Shown: piece by piece, positions 48,234 to 58,199 of the stretch | Layout: each line of letters starts with the position of its first letter | Position numbering within the stretch: the first letter of the stretch is position 1 | From: an uncultured delta proteobacterium | Lineage (GTDB): Bacteria > Desulfobacterota > Desulfobacteria > Desulfobacterales > UBA5852 | Length of the DNA: 64,000 bases | Direction: 5' to 3' | Assembly: GCA_963730675.1 (NCBI GenBank) | Contig: CAVSSY010000008.1 | Location: 47,584 to 111,583 of the forward strand | Notes under the pieces: generated by a model | Databases searched by the model: none | The model's input: only the letters and a program-made list of their open reading frames with translations | Told to the model about the DNA's origin: nothing | Made by a program: the position numbers and the translations under genes

Positions 48234-48927
48234 GACCGTATTCCCTCATGAGCATTTTCATATCTTCCCAGACGTCGCGCTTCTTCTCCGGGTTGCGCAG
48301 CAGATAGGCCGGATGATAGGTCGGCAGCAACCGTATGCCGCGATAGTCATGAAACCGCCCCCGCAAGCGGGAAATGGCCTGGTCGGTCCCCAGCAGCGTT
48401 TGGGCGGCGACTTTTCCCAGCGCAACGATGAAATCCGGCTTGATGGCATCCAACTGGCGCTGGAGAAACGGCAGGCAGGCGTCCACTTCGTCCGGCAGGG
48501 GATTGCGGTTTCCGGGGGGTCGGCACTTGACGATGTTGCCGATATAAACCTTGTCGCGGGTGAGATGAATGGCCTCGATGATACGCGTGAGCAATTCGCC
48601 GGCCGCCCCCACGAAGGGTTCCCCTTGGAGATCTTCGTCTCTTCCCGGGCCTTCGCCCACAAACACCAGACGGGCCTTGGGATCGCCGGCCCCGAAAACG
48701 ATATGGTTGCGCAGGCGGCATAAGCCGCAACGCTCGCAGTTCCCCAGATCTTTCCGGATGGTGTCGAGGCTTTCCGCAGGCTTGGTCAGGGGCTGATGCC
48801 AGGACGCCAGCACTTCCCGGGCTGTCTCCGAGCAGTCGTAGCCGCTCACGCCGCCCTGGCGGTAGACGCGCAAGGTATGCAGGATGTCGTCCATGACGGA
48901 CAGGATATTGGGGGGTGCGGTTTCCAT
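48223..48927 (-). CDS. uracil-DNA glycosylase, family 4
   Basis: GEGPGRDEDLQGEPFVGAAGELL, plus a C-terminal HPAYLLR. The start was chosen at METAPPN. Confidence 0.85.
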   Translation of the reverse strand: METAPPNILSVMDDILHTLRVYRQGGVSGYDCSETAREVLASWHQPLTKPAESLDTIRKDLGNCERCGLCRLRNHIVFGAGDPKARLVFVGEGPGRDEDLQGEPFVGAAGELLTRIIEAIHLTRDKVYIGNIVKCRPPGNRNPLPDEVDACLPFLQRQLDAIKPDFIVALGKVAAQTLLGTDQAISRLRGRFHDYRGIRLLPTYHPAYLLRNPEKKRDVWEDMKMLMREYGHAI

Positions 48928-49025
48928 GACGTGTGACCGGATTCTGGCAGCGGGGGTGTCGGTTATCACCAAAAGCGCTGTTTTAAGTGATGCAAAGCAG
49001 CCCGCCAGTGCGATCTTCTTCTCAT

Positions 49026-50228
49026 TCACCCTTTCTTCATAAGGGAAGCAACACGGTCCAGCAGGCAATGGGCCAAGTCTTCCTTGGCCATCAGCGCCAT
49101 GGCTTCCGTGGCTCCGTCCGGATAAAAGAACGTTACCTTGTTGGTATCGCCCGCAAAACCGGTTCCCGGCTCCCCGATGACATTGCCGACGATGAGATCC
49201 AGGTGCTTGTCCCGTAGTTTCTGGACGGCGTTTTTCTTCAGGTCGCGGGTTTCCGCGGCAAAACCGATAACCAGGCGCGGTCCCTTACGCTCTCCGATGG
49301 TCCGGAGGATGTCGCGGGTCTTTTCCAGTTCCAGTGTGAGGCGGTCGGCGCTTTTTTTGATTTTATGGTCTTGCGGTGCCGCGGGGCGGTAGTCGGACAC
49401 CGCCGCGGTCTTGATGACGACGTCGGTCTCCGCCAGCAGTTCCAGGACGCAGTCATACATCTCCCGGGCGGAGGCGACCCGGTGCACGGCGACATCCACC
49501 GGATCCGGCAATGCCACCGGTCCGCTCACCAGGTTGACCCTGGCCCCGCGCTGGCGGGCCGCCCGGGCCACGGCAAACCCCATTTTGCCGGACGACGGGT
49601 TGCTGATAAAGCGCACCGGATCGATGGCTTCCCGGGTCGGGCCGGCGGTGACGAGAACGGTCAGTCCCGCCAAATCCTTCGGCGCCATGACGGCCGCCAG
49701 TTTTTCCATGATGAAGGTCGGTTCGGGCAACCGTCCGGGACCCACCGTGCCGCAGGCCAGTTGACCGGCATCCGGTTCAATCAGGATATGCCCGTACTCC
49801 CGGAGGAGGGCCAGATTGCGTTGTACGGCCGGGTGCTGGTACATATTGGTGTTCATGGCCGGGCACACCACCACCGGGGCCGTGACGGCCAGCATATAGG
49901 TCGACAAGGCATCGTCGGCAATGCCGTTGGCCAGTTTCCCGATGCAATTGGCCGTGGCCGGCGCAATCACCGCCAGGTCGGTGGCTTGCGCCCACTCGAT
50001 GTGCCGGATGGCGGCATCCCCCTCGGCAAAGACGCTGGTGCAGACCGGTTGCCCGGAAAGAGCCTGAAACGTGCCCGGGCCCACAAACCAGCGGGCGTTT
50101 TCCGTCATGATCACCCGCACATGAGCCCCGGCTTTCGTCAGCAGTCGCAGCAACTCGACGCTTTTATAGGCCGCAATCCCCCCGGTCACGCCCAGGGTCA
50201 CGTTTTTTTCCTTGAAAAATGGCTCCAT
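49026..50228 (-). CDS. coaBC: bifunctional phosphopantothenoylcysteine decarboxylase / phosphopantothenate-cysteine ligase
   Basis: Intact 400-aa ORF with the flavoprotein half ([11 protein letters not shown]...PAMNTNM) and the CoaB half ([25 protein letters not shown]). Confidence 0.95.
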   Translation of the reverse strand: MEPFFKEKNVTLGVTGGIAAYKSVELLRLLTKAGAHVRVIMTENARWFVGPGTFQALSGQPVCTSVFAEGDAAIRHIEWAQATDLAVIAPATANCIGKLANGIADDALSTYMLAVTAPVVVCPAMNTNMYQHPAVQRNLALLREYGHILIEPDAGQLACGTVGPGRLPEPTFIMEKLAAVMAPKDLAGLTVLVTAGPTREAIDPVRFISNPSSGKMGFAVARAARQRGARVNLVSGPVALPDPVDVAVHRVASAREMYDCVLELLAETDVVIKTAAVSDYRPAAPQDHKIKKSADRLTLELEKTRDILRTIGERKGPRLVIGFAAETRDLKKNAVQKLRDKHLDLIVGNVIGEPGTGFAGDTNKVTFFYPDGATEAMALMAKEDLAHCLLDRVASLMKKG

Positions 50229-50344
50229 ACCGATCCCTTAGATAGCCATGCGCGGCTGAAGGCCAAACCGTCATGACCCGCAACGGAAGACACCGCTGCG
50301 CGTCCATCTGTTTCTATTCCCGGTCTCTTGCGTAGAAGCGCCTG

Positions 50345-50848
50345 CTATTGGGTTTCGCCATCGCGGAACAACCCACTGCTGACACTCTTGGCAGAGGGCG
50401 CCAAGGCAATTTCGGCATAGGTATAGATCCATCCTTCGCGAATGCTGATCACGGCCGTGCGGCCTGCTTTCTGGAAGACCAGAATCGAGCTGGTGTCGGC
50501 CGAGGGCGATTTGAAGGAAGCGAGTTCCTGCCATTTTTCGCGTTCCATGGCACTCTTGAAAAAATCCATCAGCGAATTGCGGTCTACCCAGCCTTTGACG
50601 GTAAGAATGCCGGTGGTCATGCCGGAACCTTGGACGATATAGGTTCCCTTGGGATCGACTTTCATTTCGCTGGGCAGCAAAACGTCGTCGAAGTCGCGGT
50701 AGAGCGTGGGGGAGGACGTCTTGGCGGCACTATCCGCGCCCGAACCGCTGGATGTCGCATTCATGCTCGAGCAGGCCGCCAGGGCCATGACCAGGGCTGC
50801 CAGGACGAGATAAGTTGCCAAATTGTTCCGCCGCCGATTCGAATCCAT
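50345..50848 (-). CDS. lipoprotein, hypothetical
   Basis: Signal peptide with lipobox LAACS. 167 aa. Confidence 0.6.
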   Translation of the reverse strand: MDSNRRRNNLATYLVLAALVMALAACSSMNATSSGSGADSAAKTSSPTLYRDFDDVLLPSEMKVDPKGTYIVQGSGMTTGILTVKGWVDRNSLMDFFKSAMEREKWQELASFKSPSADTSSILVFQKAGRTAVISIREGWIYTYAEIALAPSAKSVSSGLFRDGETQ

Positions 50849-51053
50849 GATGATCCTCCGTTGCTGTTAAGTGATGGCCGATTGGTTCAGCCGGGAAAGA
50901 TAATGTTTCAGGGATGTTGAGGGCACATTAGGTCAGGCTGGAAAGGCCTTTGCCAATGGTTGGCTCTATAACACAGGGGGGTTTTGAAAGGCAACCGGAA
51001 GCGACGGGGAATACTTTGACGAAAGGAGAGGTCAGCGGGGATTTAAATCATGC

Positions 51054-51512
51054 TCAGGGCATCTGCCCGGCCTGCATTCCGGGGAGGTCATTGCGGGTTT
51101 TCGAAAACGTATCGGCTTCCAGTCCCAGCCACACCTTGGCTTCGTTGATATCGGTGAACACATTGACTTCATATTTTTCAGAATAGACCACGCCGTCATA
51201 CATGCGTGAAAGGCCATAGGTTAATATCTCGGAAACGACGATGGCCTCTTTTACGAATTTATATTTGTTTTCTGTGCGGCGGATGGCATTCGCACGGATC
51301 TGTTCGATATCCGACGATGAGAGGCCTGAAGAGTCCAATTCGCGGTAATCGGAAAGAATCAAGAGCTGGGCCGGGGGATTGGCGATATAGACGTTGCGGT
51401 GAAGGTCTAAAAACTCCTTCAACGACACCCTGCCCCGTCCAATTGAGTGCAGGCAGCCTAATTCTTCAATGTAGCGGAACTCGATGGGCATAACAGGTAC
51501 TTTTAATATCAT
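51054..51512 (-). CDS. hypothetical protein, possible STAS/SpoIIAA-like fold
   Basis: 152-aa ORF, lower in GC than its neighbours. Its C-terminal block resembles that of ORF 57467..57916. Confidence 0.45.
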   Translation of the reverse strand: MILKVPVMPIEFRYIEELGCLHSIGRGRVSLKEFLDLHRNVYIANPPAQLLILSDYRELDSSGLSSSDIEQIRANAIRRTENKYKFVKEAIVVSEILTYGLSRMYDGVVYSEKYEVNVFTDINEAKVWLGLEADTFSKTRNDLPGMQAGQMP

Positions 51513-51727
51513 TTGGCCCTGAAATCAACCCTGCCTCCGCCCTGCACGGCCGTATCGACGTAACCGATAAGTGTAGCGGGATGCCATCCTCTCCGCCAAC
51601 GCTTTTTCGAAATCAATCCGAAACCCGATCATCACAGGGCGGTCGGGCTTCCCTGTTGGGTTTATTGACAAGGAGCAAGGAAATGATACGATTCCCGGAT
51701 TCCCGGCGCCCGTAGATAAAATCAAAA

Positions 51728-54232
51728 ATGATGAAACAGCCCATGCATAGGCCTGCTGCGATCGTCGAATCCATTACCGGTATCGTGGACCGGGTCACCT
51801 ACCACAACCCGGACAATGGTTGGTCTGTCCTGCGCGTATTCCCTTTCGACAACCCCCACCAAACAGAAACCGTCACGGTCCATCAAACAAAGGTCTTTGC
51901 CGGGGCCACCATGGAGTTCCACGGCGCATGGACCGTGCACCCCAAATTCGGCCGCCAGTTCAAGGCCGTCAAGGCGGTTGAAAAGAAACCCGCCACAACC
52001 GCCGCATTGGAGAAATACCTCGGATCCGGGCTCATCAAGGGGGTGGGGCCCAAGACGGCCAAGAAAATCGTCAAATACTTCGGTAATGACACCCTTGACG
52101 TGTTTGAAAACGAGATCGAACGCCTCACTGAGATTACCGGGATTGCCCAGAAGAAACTGACGATGATCAGCGAGGCCTGGGTTGAGCACCGGGCCATCCG
52201 CAATGTGATGATGTTTCTGCAGTCCCACGGCATCAGCACCCTTTTCGCCGTGAGGATTTACAAGGAATACGGGGACGATGCCATTGCCTACGTCAATGAG
52301 GACCCCTACCGGCTGGCCCAGGATTTTTATGGCATCGGCTTCTTTTCGGCGGACAAGGTCGCCCTCAGTATCGGTCTCGAGACCAACAGCCCCCAGAGGA
52401 TCAAGGCCGGCATCAATCACGTCCTGGCCGCCAGCCGGGAGTTCGGCCACTGCTACCTGACGCAAGTGCAGATTACCGCCCAAGTGAACGACCTGCTCGA
52501 ATTGCGGCTCGATGACCGGATAGCCGGCTATCTCGACCAGATGCGGAAAGACGGGCTTGTCATGATCCGCGAATTGGCGGTTCCGGACGGCGTCGCCGAA
52601 ACCTGCTACTATTCCAAAGCCCTCTATTTCGATGAGCTGTACGTCGCCAAGCGGGTTTCCGATACGGATTATCCGCCCCAAATCGACCATGAGCGTGTCG
52701 GGGATTGGCTCAAGCGGTACTGCGCATCAAAGCAATTTGCCCTGAGCGACGAGCAGCTGGACGCCGTCCAGAGCATCGCATCCCAGAAATTTTCCGTGCT
52801 GACCGGCGGCCCGGGGTGCGGAAAAACCACGGCCACACTGGTGCTCGTGAAATTGCTCGAGGCGATGCGGCGGAAAATCCTGCTGGCCGCCCCCACCGGC
52901 CGGGCGGCCCAACGCATGATGGATGTCATCGGCAGAGAATCCAAAACCATCCATCGACTGCTGGAGTGGCAAATCGGCAGCTTCAAAAGGAACGAGGATC
53001 ATCCGCTCGATGTGGAATTCATCATCATCGACGAATGCTCCATGCTGGATATCAGCCTCGCCGCCTCCCTGCTGAAAGCCATTCCGCGGCCAAGCCAGAT
53101 CCTTTTCATCGGTGACGCGGATCAACTCCCCTCGGTCGGCGCCGGCAACGTGCTGCGCGATATCATCGCCTCGGGAGCGGTTCGCTGCTTTGAACTCAAA
53201 AAGGTTTTCCGGCAGGCCCAGGAATCCTTCATCATCAAATATGCCCACCAGATCAACAAGGGCGACATGCCGTTCATCGATTCGCCCTTCAAAAAGCCCG
53301 AAATCTGGCAGCAGCAAGTGGACTGCCTTTTCATGGACTCGGAAGAAGCCACGCAGGAACAGCTCAATTTCATCGCCAGGGTCAAGCGGTTCTATGATTC
53401 TCCAATACCTGATCAGGACACCCCAACCGACCCTGACGCCAATCTTTACGAGTTCAGAATCCATGAGGCGGTCGTCCCCTATGAAACGGAATTGATGGTC
53501 CCCCGGAAATTCCAGCACGTCGACCTGGGAAAAGTCGCAGGGGCTCAAGGCGATGTCGAGGAATTGCGCTCCGTCTTGAAAAAGGTCCATCCCTGGTCAT
53601 CACTGCATTACGGCCTCTCGGCATCTGAAATTGTACGAAAACTCTATATGGAATGGATACCCAAGTATTTCGGGGAAAATACCGAGATCCAGATTCTCTC
53701 CCCCATGACCAGGGGCAGCTTGGGTACGATCAGTTTGAACAAGATGATCCAGGAATCGGCCAATCCCGCTCAAGCGGGCAAACACCAACTGACGGTAGGC
53801 GAAAGGGTTTTCAGGGTGGGCGACCGGGTGATCCACCGCCGGAACAATTATGACCTCAACGTGTTCAACGGCGATATCGGAACCATTCGCGAGATCGATA
53901 CCGAGAATCTGACGCTATCGGTCGCATTCTACCCTGACGGTCGGGTGGTGGAATACACCCGCGATGCCATCCCCGAGCTCGATCTGGCCTATGCCATCAC
54001 GATCCATAAATCCCAGGGGAGCGAATTCGAGGCGGTCATCATGCCGGTCCTGACCCAGCATTTCAAAATGCTGTTCCGCAATCTGATCTATACCGGGCTG
54101 ACCCGGGCCCGAAAACTGGCAGTCCTGGTCGGGACGCGGAAGGCCCTGGCCATGGCCGTAAAGAACCAGGACACCAGCCAACGGCAGACGCTGCTGAAAG
54201 AACTGCTGAAAGAAAATGGGGTGAAGTCATGA
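51728..54232 (+). CDS. recD2: RecD2-type SF1B ATP-dependent DNA helicase (RecD/TraA family)
   Basis: The N-terminal OB/HhH region (ITGIVDRVTYHNPDNGWSVLRV...GSGLIKGVGPKTAKKIV), Walker A LTGGPGCGKTT, IIDECSMLD, a C-terminal SH3 domain and AITIHKSQGSEF. Confidence 0.9.
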   Translation: MMKQPMHRPAAIVESITGIVDRVTYHNPDNGWSVLRVFPFDNPHQTETVTVHQTKVFAGATMEFHGAWTVHPKFGRQFKAVKAVEKKPATTAALEKYLGSGLIKGVGPKTAKKIVKYFGNDTLDVFENEIERLTEITGIAQKKLTMISEAWVEHRAIRNVMMFLQSHGISTLFAVRIYKEYGDDAIAYVNEDPYRLAQDFYGIGFFSADKVALSIGLETNSPQRIKAGINHVLAASREFGHCYLTQVQITAQVNDLLELRLDDRIAGYLDQMRKDGLVMIRELAVPDGVAETCYYSKALYFDELYVAKRVSDTDYPPQIDHERVGDWLKRYCASKQFALSDEQLDAVQSIASQKFSVLTGGPGCGKTTATLVLVKLLEAMRRKILLAAPTGRAAQRMMDVIGRESKTIHRLLEWQIGSFKRNEDHPLDVEFIIIDECSMLDISLAASLLKAIPRPSQILFIGDADQLPSVGAGNVLRDIIASGAVRCFELKKVFRQAQESFIIKYAHQINKGDMPFIDSPFKKPEIWQQQVDCLFMDSEEATQEQLNFIARVKRFYDSPIPDQDTPTDPDANLYEFRIHEAVVPYETELMVPRKFQHVDLGKVAGAQGDVEELRSVLKKVHPWSSLHYGLSASEIVRKLYMEWIPKYFGENTEIQILSPMTRGSLGTISLNKMIQESANPAQAGKHQLTVGERVFRVGDRVIHRRNNYDLNVFNGDIGTIREIDTENLTLSVAFYPDGRVVEYTRDAIPELDLAYAITIHKSQGSEFEAVIMPVLTQHFKMLFRNLIYTGLTRARKLAVLVGTRKALAMAVKNQDTSQRQTLLKELLKENGVKS

Positions 54233-54576
54233 TGAACATTATGGAAATCAACGGTTATCGGGCCGTGATTAAATATGACCCTGAGATTGATATGTTTCGT
54301 GGAGAGTTTCTCGATCTTAACGGCGGCGCCGATTTTTACGCCAAAACCATTGAAGATCTGCGCAAGGAAGGTAAGACATCGTTAAAGGTATTTCTCGATA
54401 TGTGCAAAGAGGATGGGGTTGAGCCAAGAAAAAAATTTTCCGGCAAATTCAATCTTCGTGTGCCGCCCAAGTTGCATGCCGCGATCGTGACCAAGGCCAC
54501 AGCAGAGGGCAAAAGCCTTAACCAATGGGTAACCGATTTGCTGAAGGAATACACGGATAATCCGCCCAATGTTTGA
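54229..54576 (+). CDS. hicB: HicB-family antitoxin-like protein (HicB fold + C-terminal RHH)
   Basis: INGYRAVIKYDPEIDMFRGEF...GADFYAKTIEDL...FSGKFNLRVPPKLHAAIVTKATAEGKSLNQWV. Its ATG overlaps the recD2 stop (ATGA). Confidence 0.8.
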   Translation: MMNIMEINGYRAVIKYDPEIDMFRGEFLDLNGGADFYAKTIEDLRKEGKTSLKVFLDMCKEDGVEPRKKFSGKFNLRVPPKLHAAIVTKATAEGKSLNQWVTDLLKEYTDNPPNV

Positions 54577-54860
54577 GAAACTCAAGACAAGGTTTTAAAA
54601 GCAATGGGTTAATAAGGTCTGTCCGCTGCCGAATCCTCTGCTTTCATTAATCACAAAATCGGTTTCCGGGGACAAGGCATAAAGCAGTTTATTCAATTTT
54701 CGACAGTGGGAGGGGGTTTGCCCTGCTCGCACCGGGCACACGCATTGCGGGATGACATCCATAGAGGATGCACCTATGAGGAGACCCAATTTAGGGATTT
54801 CTGAGGACTTGCATAAAATCCTGCAATCTGGTATCCGCAGGACCTCTACAGCACTTCAAA

Positions 54861-54936
54861 GCCCCCGTAGCTCAGTGGATAGAGCATTGGATTCCTAATC
54901 CATGTGCCGCAAGTTCGATTCTTGCCGGGGGCACCA
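54861..54936 (+). tRNA. tRNA-Arg (CCT)
   Basis: GCCCCCGTAGCTCAGTGGATAGAGCATTGGATTCCTAATCCATGTGCCGCAAGTTCGATTCTTGCCGGGGGCACCA. Acceptor stem GCCCCCG/CGGGGGC, anticodon loop TTCCTAA. Confidence 0.9.
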
Positions 54937-55207
54937 ATTTTTTATTTTCATTTCAGCCCGTTTAGAGGGAATACATCCCTATTTTTTTCTTGTCCATCCA
55001 GTTCTAGGGGGGTCCTCGTTAGCCCTTTCCTGACATGTTTGAAAACATTCCAGTTTCCCACTCGATTTGCCTCGACATCACCAGCTATAGCGTAAAAGAA
55101 GTGTAACGCGAAGGAATTCTATTGAGCTCCAAGAGCTTAGAGTAATAGGATTCCAAACGTATTTTCAAACGACACCATTTTATCATTGAAGATAATGGAA
55201 TACATCC

Positions 55208-55861
55208 ATGGAGAAGAGCTTCAACCGCTATAGTCCCAGGGAAGAGATCGCCAACAGCATCACCCATGGCATCGGCATTTTGCTGGCCATTGCCGCCCTG
55301 TGTATTCTAATTATATCGGCAGGCCGCTATGGCGATGCCTGGTATGTCGTCAGCGTTTGTGTTTACGGCGCGACATTGATCCTGCTGTACACGGCCTCCA
55401 CCCTTTACCACAGTATTCAGAAACAAAGCCTGAAGGGTTTTCTCCAGAACCTGGATCATTCCGCCATCTACCTGCTGATCGCCGGAACCTATACGCCCTT
55501 TACCCTGGTAAACCTTCGCGGCCCCTGGGGATGGGGGCTTTTCGGGGTGGTTTGGAGTTTGGCGGTGCTCGGCATCGTGCTGCAGTTCATGCCGGCGAAG
55601 CAGCGGAAAACTGTTTCGCTGATGTTGTACGTCGGGATGGGCTGGTCCGTCATGGCGGCCGTCAAACCGCTGATCCAATCGGTGGACGCCGGCGGCATCC
55701 TGTTTCTCGTTTTGGGGGGATTGGCCTATACATTAGGCATTTTCTTCTATGTCCGGGACAAAATGAACTACAACCATGCGGTGTGGCACCTTTTCGTCCT
55801 GGCCGGCAGCATCTTCCATTTCTTTGCCGTGCTGTTCTATGTCGTCCCCGCTTCCACATAA
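55208..55861 (+). CDS. hemolysin III / PAQR family channel protein
   Basis: 217 aa with 7 TM segments. It has the N-terminal EEIANSITHGIG and C-terminal HAVWHLFVLAGSIFHF signatures. Confidence 0.9.
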   Translation: MEKSFNRYSPREEIANSITHGIGILLAIAALCILIISAGRYGDAWYVVSVCVYGATLILLYTASTLYHSIQKQSLKGFLQNLDHSAIYLLIAGTYTPFTLVNLRGPWGWGLFGVVWSLAVLGIVLQFMPAKQRKTVSLMLYVGMGWSVMAAVKPLIQSVDAGGILFLVLGGLAYTLGIFFYVRDKMNYNHAVWHLFVLAGSIFHFFAVLFYVVPAST

Positions 55862-56286
55862 CCATGAGGCCGGCGTGCAAAGCCGGCTTTTGGTGTGGCC
55901 CTTGATTTGTAACCCCTCCCCTTCAATCTGGCCCCCAAATCGCCCTTCGCCTCCTTTCCTCGCCGGTCGGCGGCTGCTCTGCAACGTTCTGCCCAGGGTT
56001 GTTATTCAGTTCGGTTTATGAGATATGACTTACATCTGGCAGCTTTTCGACTCGCTTGGGGATGATAGGCCAAGGGGCCAGATGTTCCGTAACGCTTGAA
56101 ATTTTTTTGGATCTTTGGTTTTCGGTTTTCCCTTTGTCCCGCGCCGAGCATCGGCGGGGCGGACGGATAAAAGCGCGCGGACTGTCTGAGTCCGCCTTAT
56201 CCTTGGCGAAGGCGGGCGAGTTTCCGCGTGCTCCGTGCGCCGCGACGACGCGCAGGATTATGCGGGACACGGGCGGTTTCTTTTAG

Positions 56287-56318
56287 CTTCCTTTTCTTTC
56301 ACGAGAAAGAAAAGGAAG
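56287..56318. other. perfect 14-bp polypyrimidine/polypurine hairpin (CTTCCTTTTCTTTC-ACGA-GAAAGAAAAGGAAG)
   Basis: Read directly from the sequence. It lies in a 560-bp noncoding gap, 105 nt upstream of the DsrE-like gene. Confidence 0.9.
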
Positions 56319-56424
56319 AGACCATCTTTGAAAAAACACCCGGATCGGTAGAGCCTCTCCGGGTCCTCCACCACAGGTGGAAGGTTTAGATCAAAACTAA
56401 CGGTTAGGGATCAAGGAGGGTAAC

Positions 56425-56775
56425 ATGGCCAATTTCCTGTTTGTATTGAGTAAAGATGACAACGAGGCGGCGACCCGATGCTTTCAGTTTGCGAAAATCG
56501 CCTATGACAAGGGGCACCAAGTCAATATGTTCTTTATCGATGGCGGGGTCACCTGGGCCGACAAGACCCGGGATTTGAGCATCAAAACCACCACCGGTGA
56601 CTGCCCCCAGGACTATTTGCCCTACCTGGTCGACAAGGAAGTCGAGACCGGCATCTGCACGCCCTGTGCAAAAAACCGGCAGCTGGATGAAGCCAACTTC
56701 TTCTCCAACATGCAACTGGACGGGGGGCCGCATCTGGTGGATATGGCTGCCGAGGCCAAGGTTTTCAATTTTTAG
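56425..56775 (+). CDS. DsrE/DsrF-like sulfur-relay family protein
   Basis: 116 aa following AGGAGGG. The sequence is MANFLFVLSKDDNEAATRCFQFAKIA...NMFFIDGGV...TPCAKNRQL. Confidence 0.65.
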   Translation: MANFLFVLSKDDNEAATRCFQFAKIAYDKGHQVNMFFIDGGVTWADKTRDLSIKTTTGDCPQDYLPYLVDKEVETGICTPCAKNRQLDEANFFSNMQLDGGPHLVDMAAEAKVFNF

Positions 56776-56835
56776 GAACCCTACCGGACAGGTGATGTTT
56801 TCCCGGGCGACCAATCGCAACGTTGGTCGCCTTTT

Positions 56836-57339
56836 TTATTCTTTGGAATGACCGCGCCGGTTGAACGTAAAGGGCCTTTCCTCTTCATCCAGAGACCGAT
56901 CCTGAGATCGATCCTGGGAATCCGCCGAATCCTCCGGACGGAGCGCTTCGGGCGAGGGTACGCATATCGGCTTTCTAATCAGGTAGCGAACCGCGGCGAT
57001 GGAAGCCAGCATGCAGGCGATCTGCAACAGGGTGTTGCCCGTGGTCATGCGATGATTCTGCAATACCGGAAAGATGGCGATGACATTTAGCGGCAGGCAA
57101 AAAAGCAGTCCGCCACAGAGGATTTTGCGGCCCCATTCACGGCGTGACAGCAAACCATAGATGGCCGCAGCGATGAAGACACCAACGGTCAGGAACACAA
57201 GCCCGCACACGATCGGCCAACCTGACGGCCCTGTCATCGGGCGGGAAAATGTCAGGAGCAGGCCGGTGACGAGCAGCAGGAGGGCGTTGAAACCGGCATA
57301 GATGGCAATGGCAGTGATGCTGAAGGGATGATGATTCAC
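56836..57339 (-). CDS. hypothetical membrane protein (4 TM) with an acidic/Ser-rich tail
   Basis: 167-aa ORF with a GTG start after GGGAGAGAA. Confidence 0.5.
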   Translation of the reverse strand: MNHHPFSITAIAIYAGFNALLLLVTGLLLTFSRPMTGPSGWPIVCGLVFLTVGVFIAAAIYGLLSRREWGRKILCGGLLFCLPLNVIAIFPVLQNHRMTTGNTLLQIACMLASIAAVRYLIRKPICVPSPEALRPEDSADSQDRSQDRSLDEEERPFTFNRRGHSKE

Positions 57340-57466
57340 TTCTCTCCCGTTGGGACGCGTATGCTCTCCAAACCATAGCGCAGAGGATTTGTAGGATGAA
57401 ACCGGTGGGAAGTCAACATGGCGGCCCGATCGCCAAACGATAGCGCAGCGGGCGGGATTGCACGGG

Positions 57467-57916
57467 CTATGAGAATTCGGTCCTGCGGGTAAAACGGGGA
57501 TGGCAGTCGACCGACTGGATGCGGCAGAAAGGGTCCTGCTGGTAAAAATTACTCCAGGTCAATTGTGATCGGGCCTCCTCGATGGTGGGGTAGGCCCGCA
57601 TGTCCACCCCGCGCAGATCCGTCAGGGTGCAGATCATCCGCGCCACATTAAAGAGCGTTATGTCGGAGCCGGCCACAATCGCCCAATGGGGAATAAAACA
57701 ATGGCCGATTTCGGCCAGGACGCCTTTAGGGCTTTCCTCGGTTTCAATGGTGGCTTGCGCTTCGACCGTGCGGACATCGAACAAGGCCCGCATCGGTGCT
57801 TTGAAATCAGGATCGTCCATGCCGCGCTCCAAGCCTTCCAGAAAGGCTCCGGCCGTTATCGCCCCGTTGATGATCAAGGTAAAAATATCGCCTTTAACGG
57901 CGTGTATGACGCCCAT
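57467..57916 (-). CDS. hypothetical protein, possible STAS/SpoIIAA-like fold
   Basis: 149-aa ORF with a strong SD (GGAGGGTGAAGG). It has a similar block order to ORF 51054..51512. Confidence 0.5.
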   Translation of the reverse strand: MGVIHAVKGDIFTLIINGAITAGAFLEGLERGMDDPDFKAPMRALFDVRTVEAQATIETEESPKGVLAEIGHCFIPHWAIVAGSDITLFNVARMICTLTDLRGVDMRAYPTIEEARSQLTWSNFYQQDPFCRIQSVDCHPRFTRRTEFS

Positions 57917-58199
57917 GGATCCTTCACCCTCCTATGACGAGAATTATCCCATAATGGGTAATTCACTACACACAGCCTGCCCATGGCCTAAAATTTCAGT
58001 ATTGCAAAAATCCTCCATGCATTTGCAACCTATTGGTATCAAAACCATAAATGGTCACGGTAGATTGCAGGATCTCCAGGCACAAATTTTGCTTTTTACA
58101 AAATTCATCAGGGCCGCGCCCTACCCACCCCGCAGTACCTTACCTTCGGTTCGGTCCACAAAAACCGCGTAGCGGCCAAAGGCGAAAGAAAAACATCAT

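Noticed and set aside
51722-52690. 322-aa minus-strand ORF
   Set aside because: It is antisense to the 5' part of recD2, whose own frame carries clear helicase and HhH motifs.
55170-55196. Fur-box-like TTTATCATTGAAGATAATG upstream of the hemolysin III gene, and GAATTCACTATAATTCAC upstream of feoA
   Set aside because: The hexamers are in the wrong relative orientation or too divergent from GATAATGATAATCATTATC. I cannot support a Fur site without a position weight matrix score.
54968-55207. 11-bp direct repeat GGAATACATCC (54968-54978 and 55197-55207) after tRNA-Arg as possible att sites of an integrated element
   Set aside because: The repeat is not derived from the tRNA 3' end and encloses only about 220 bp with no genes. 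No integrase is nearby, and an 11-mer repeat at this distance is within chance expectation.
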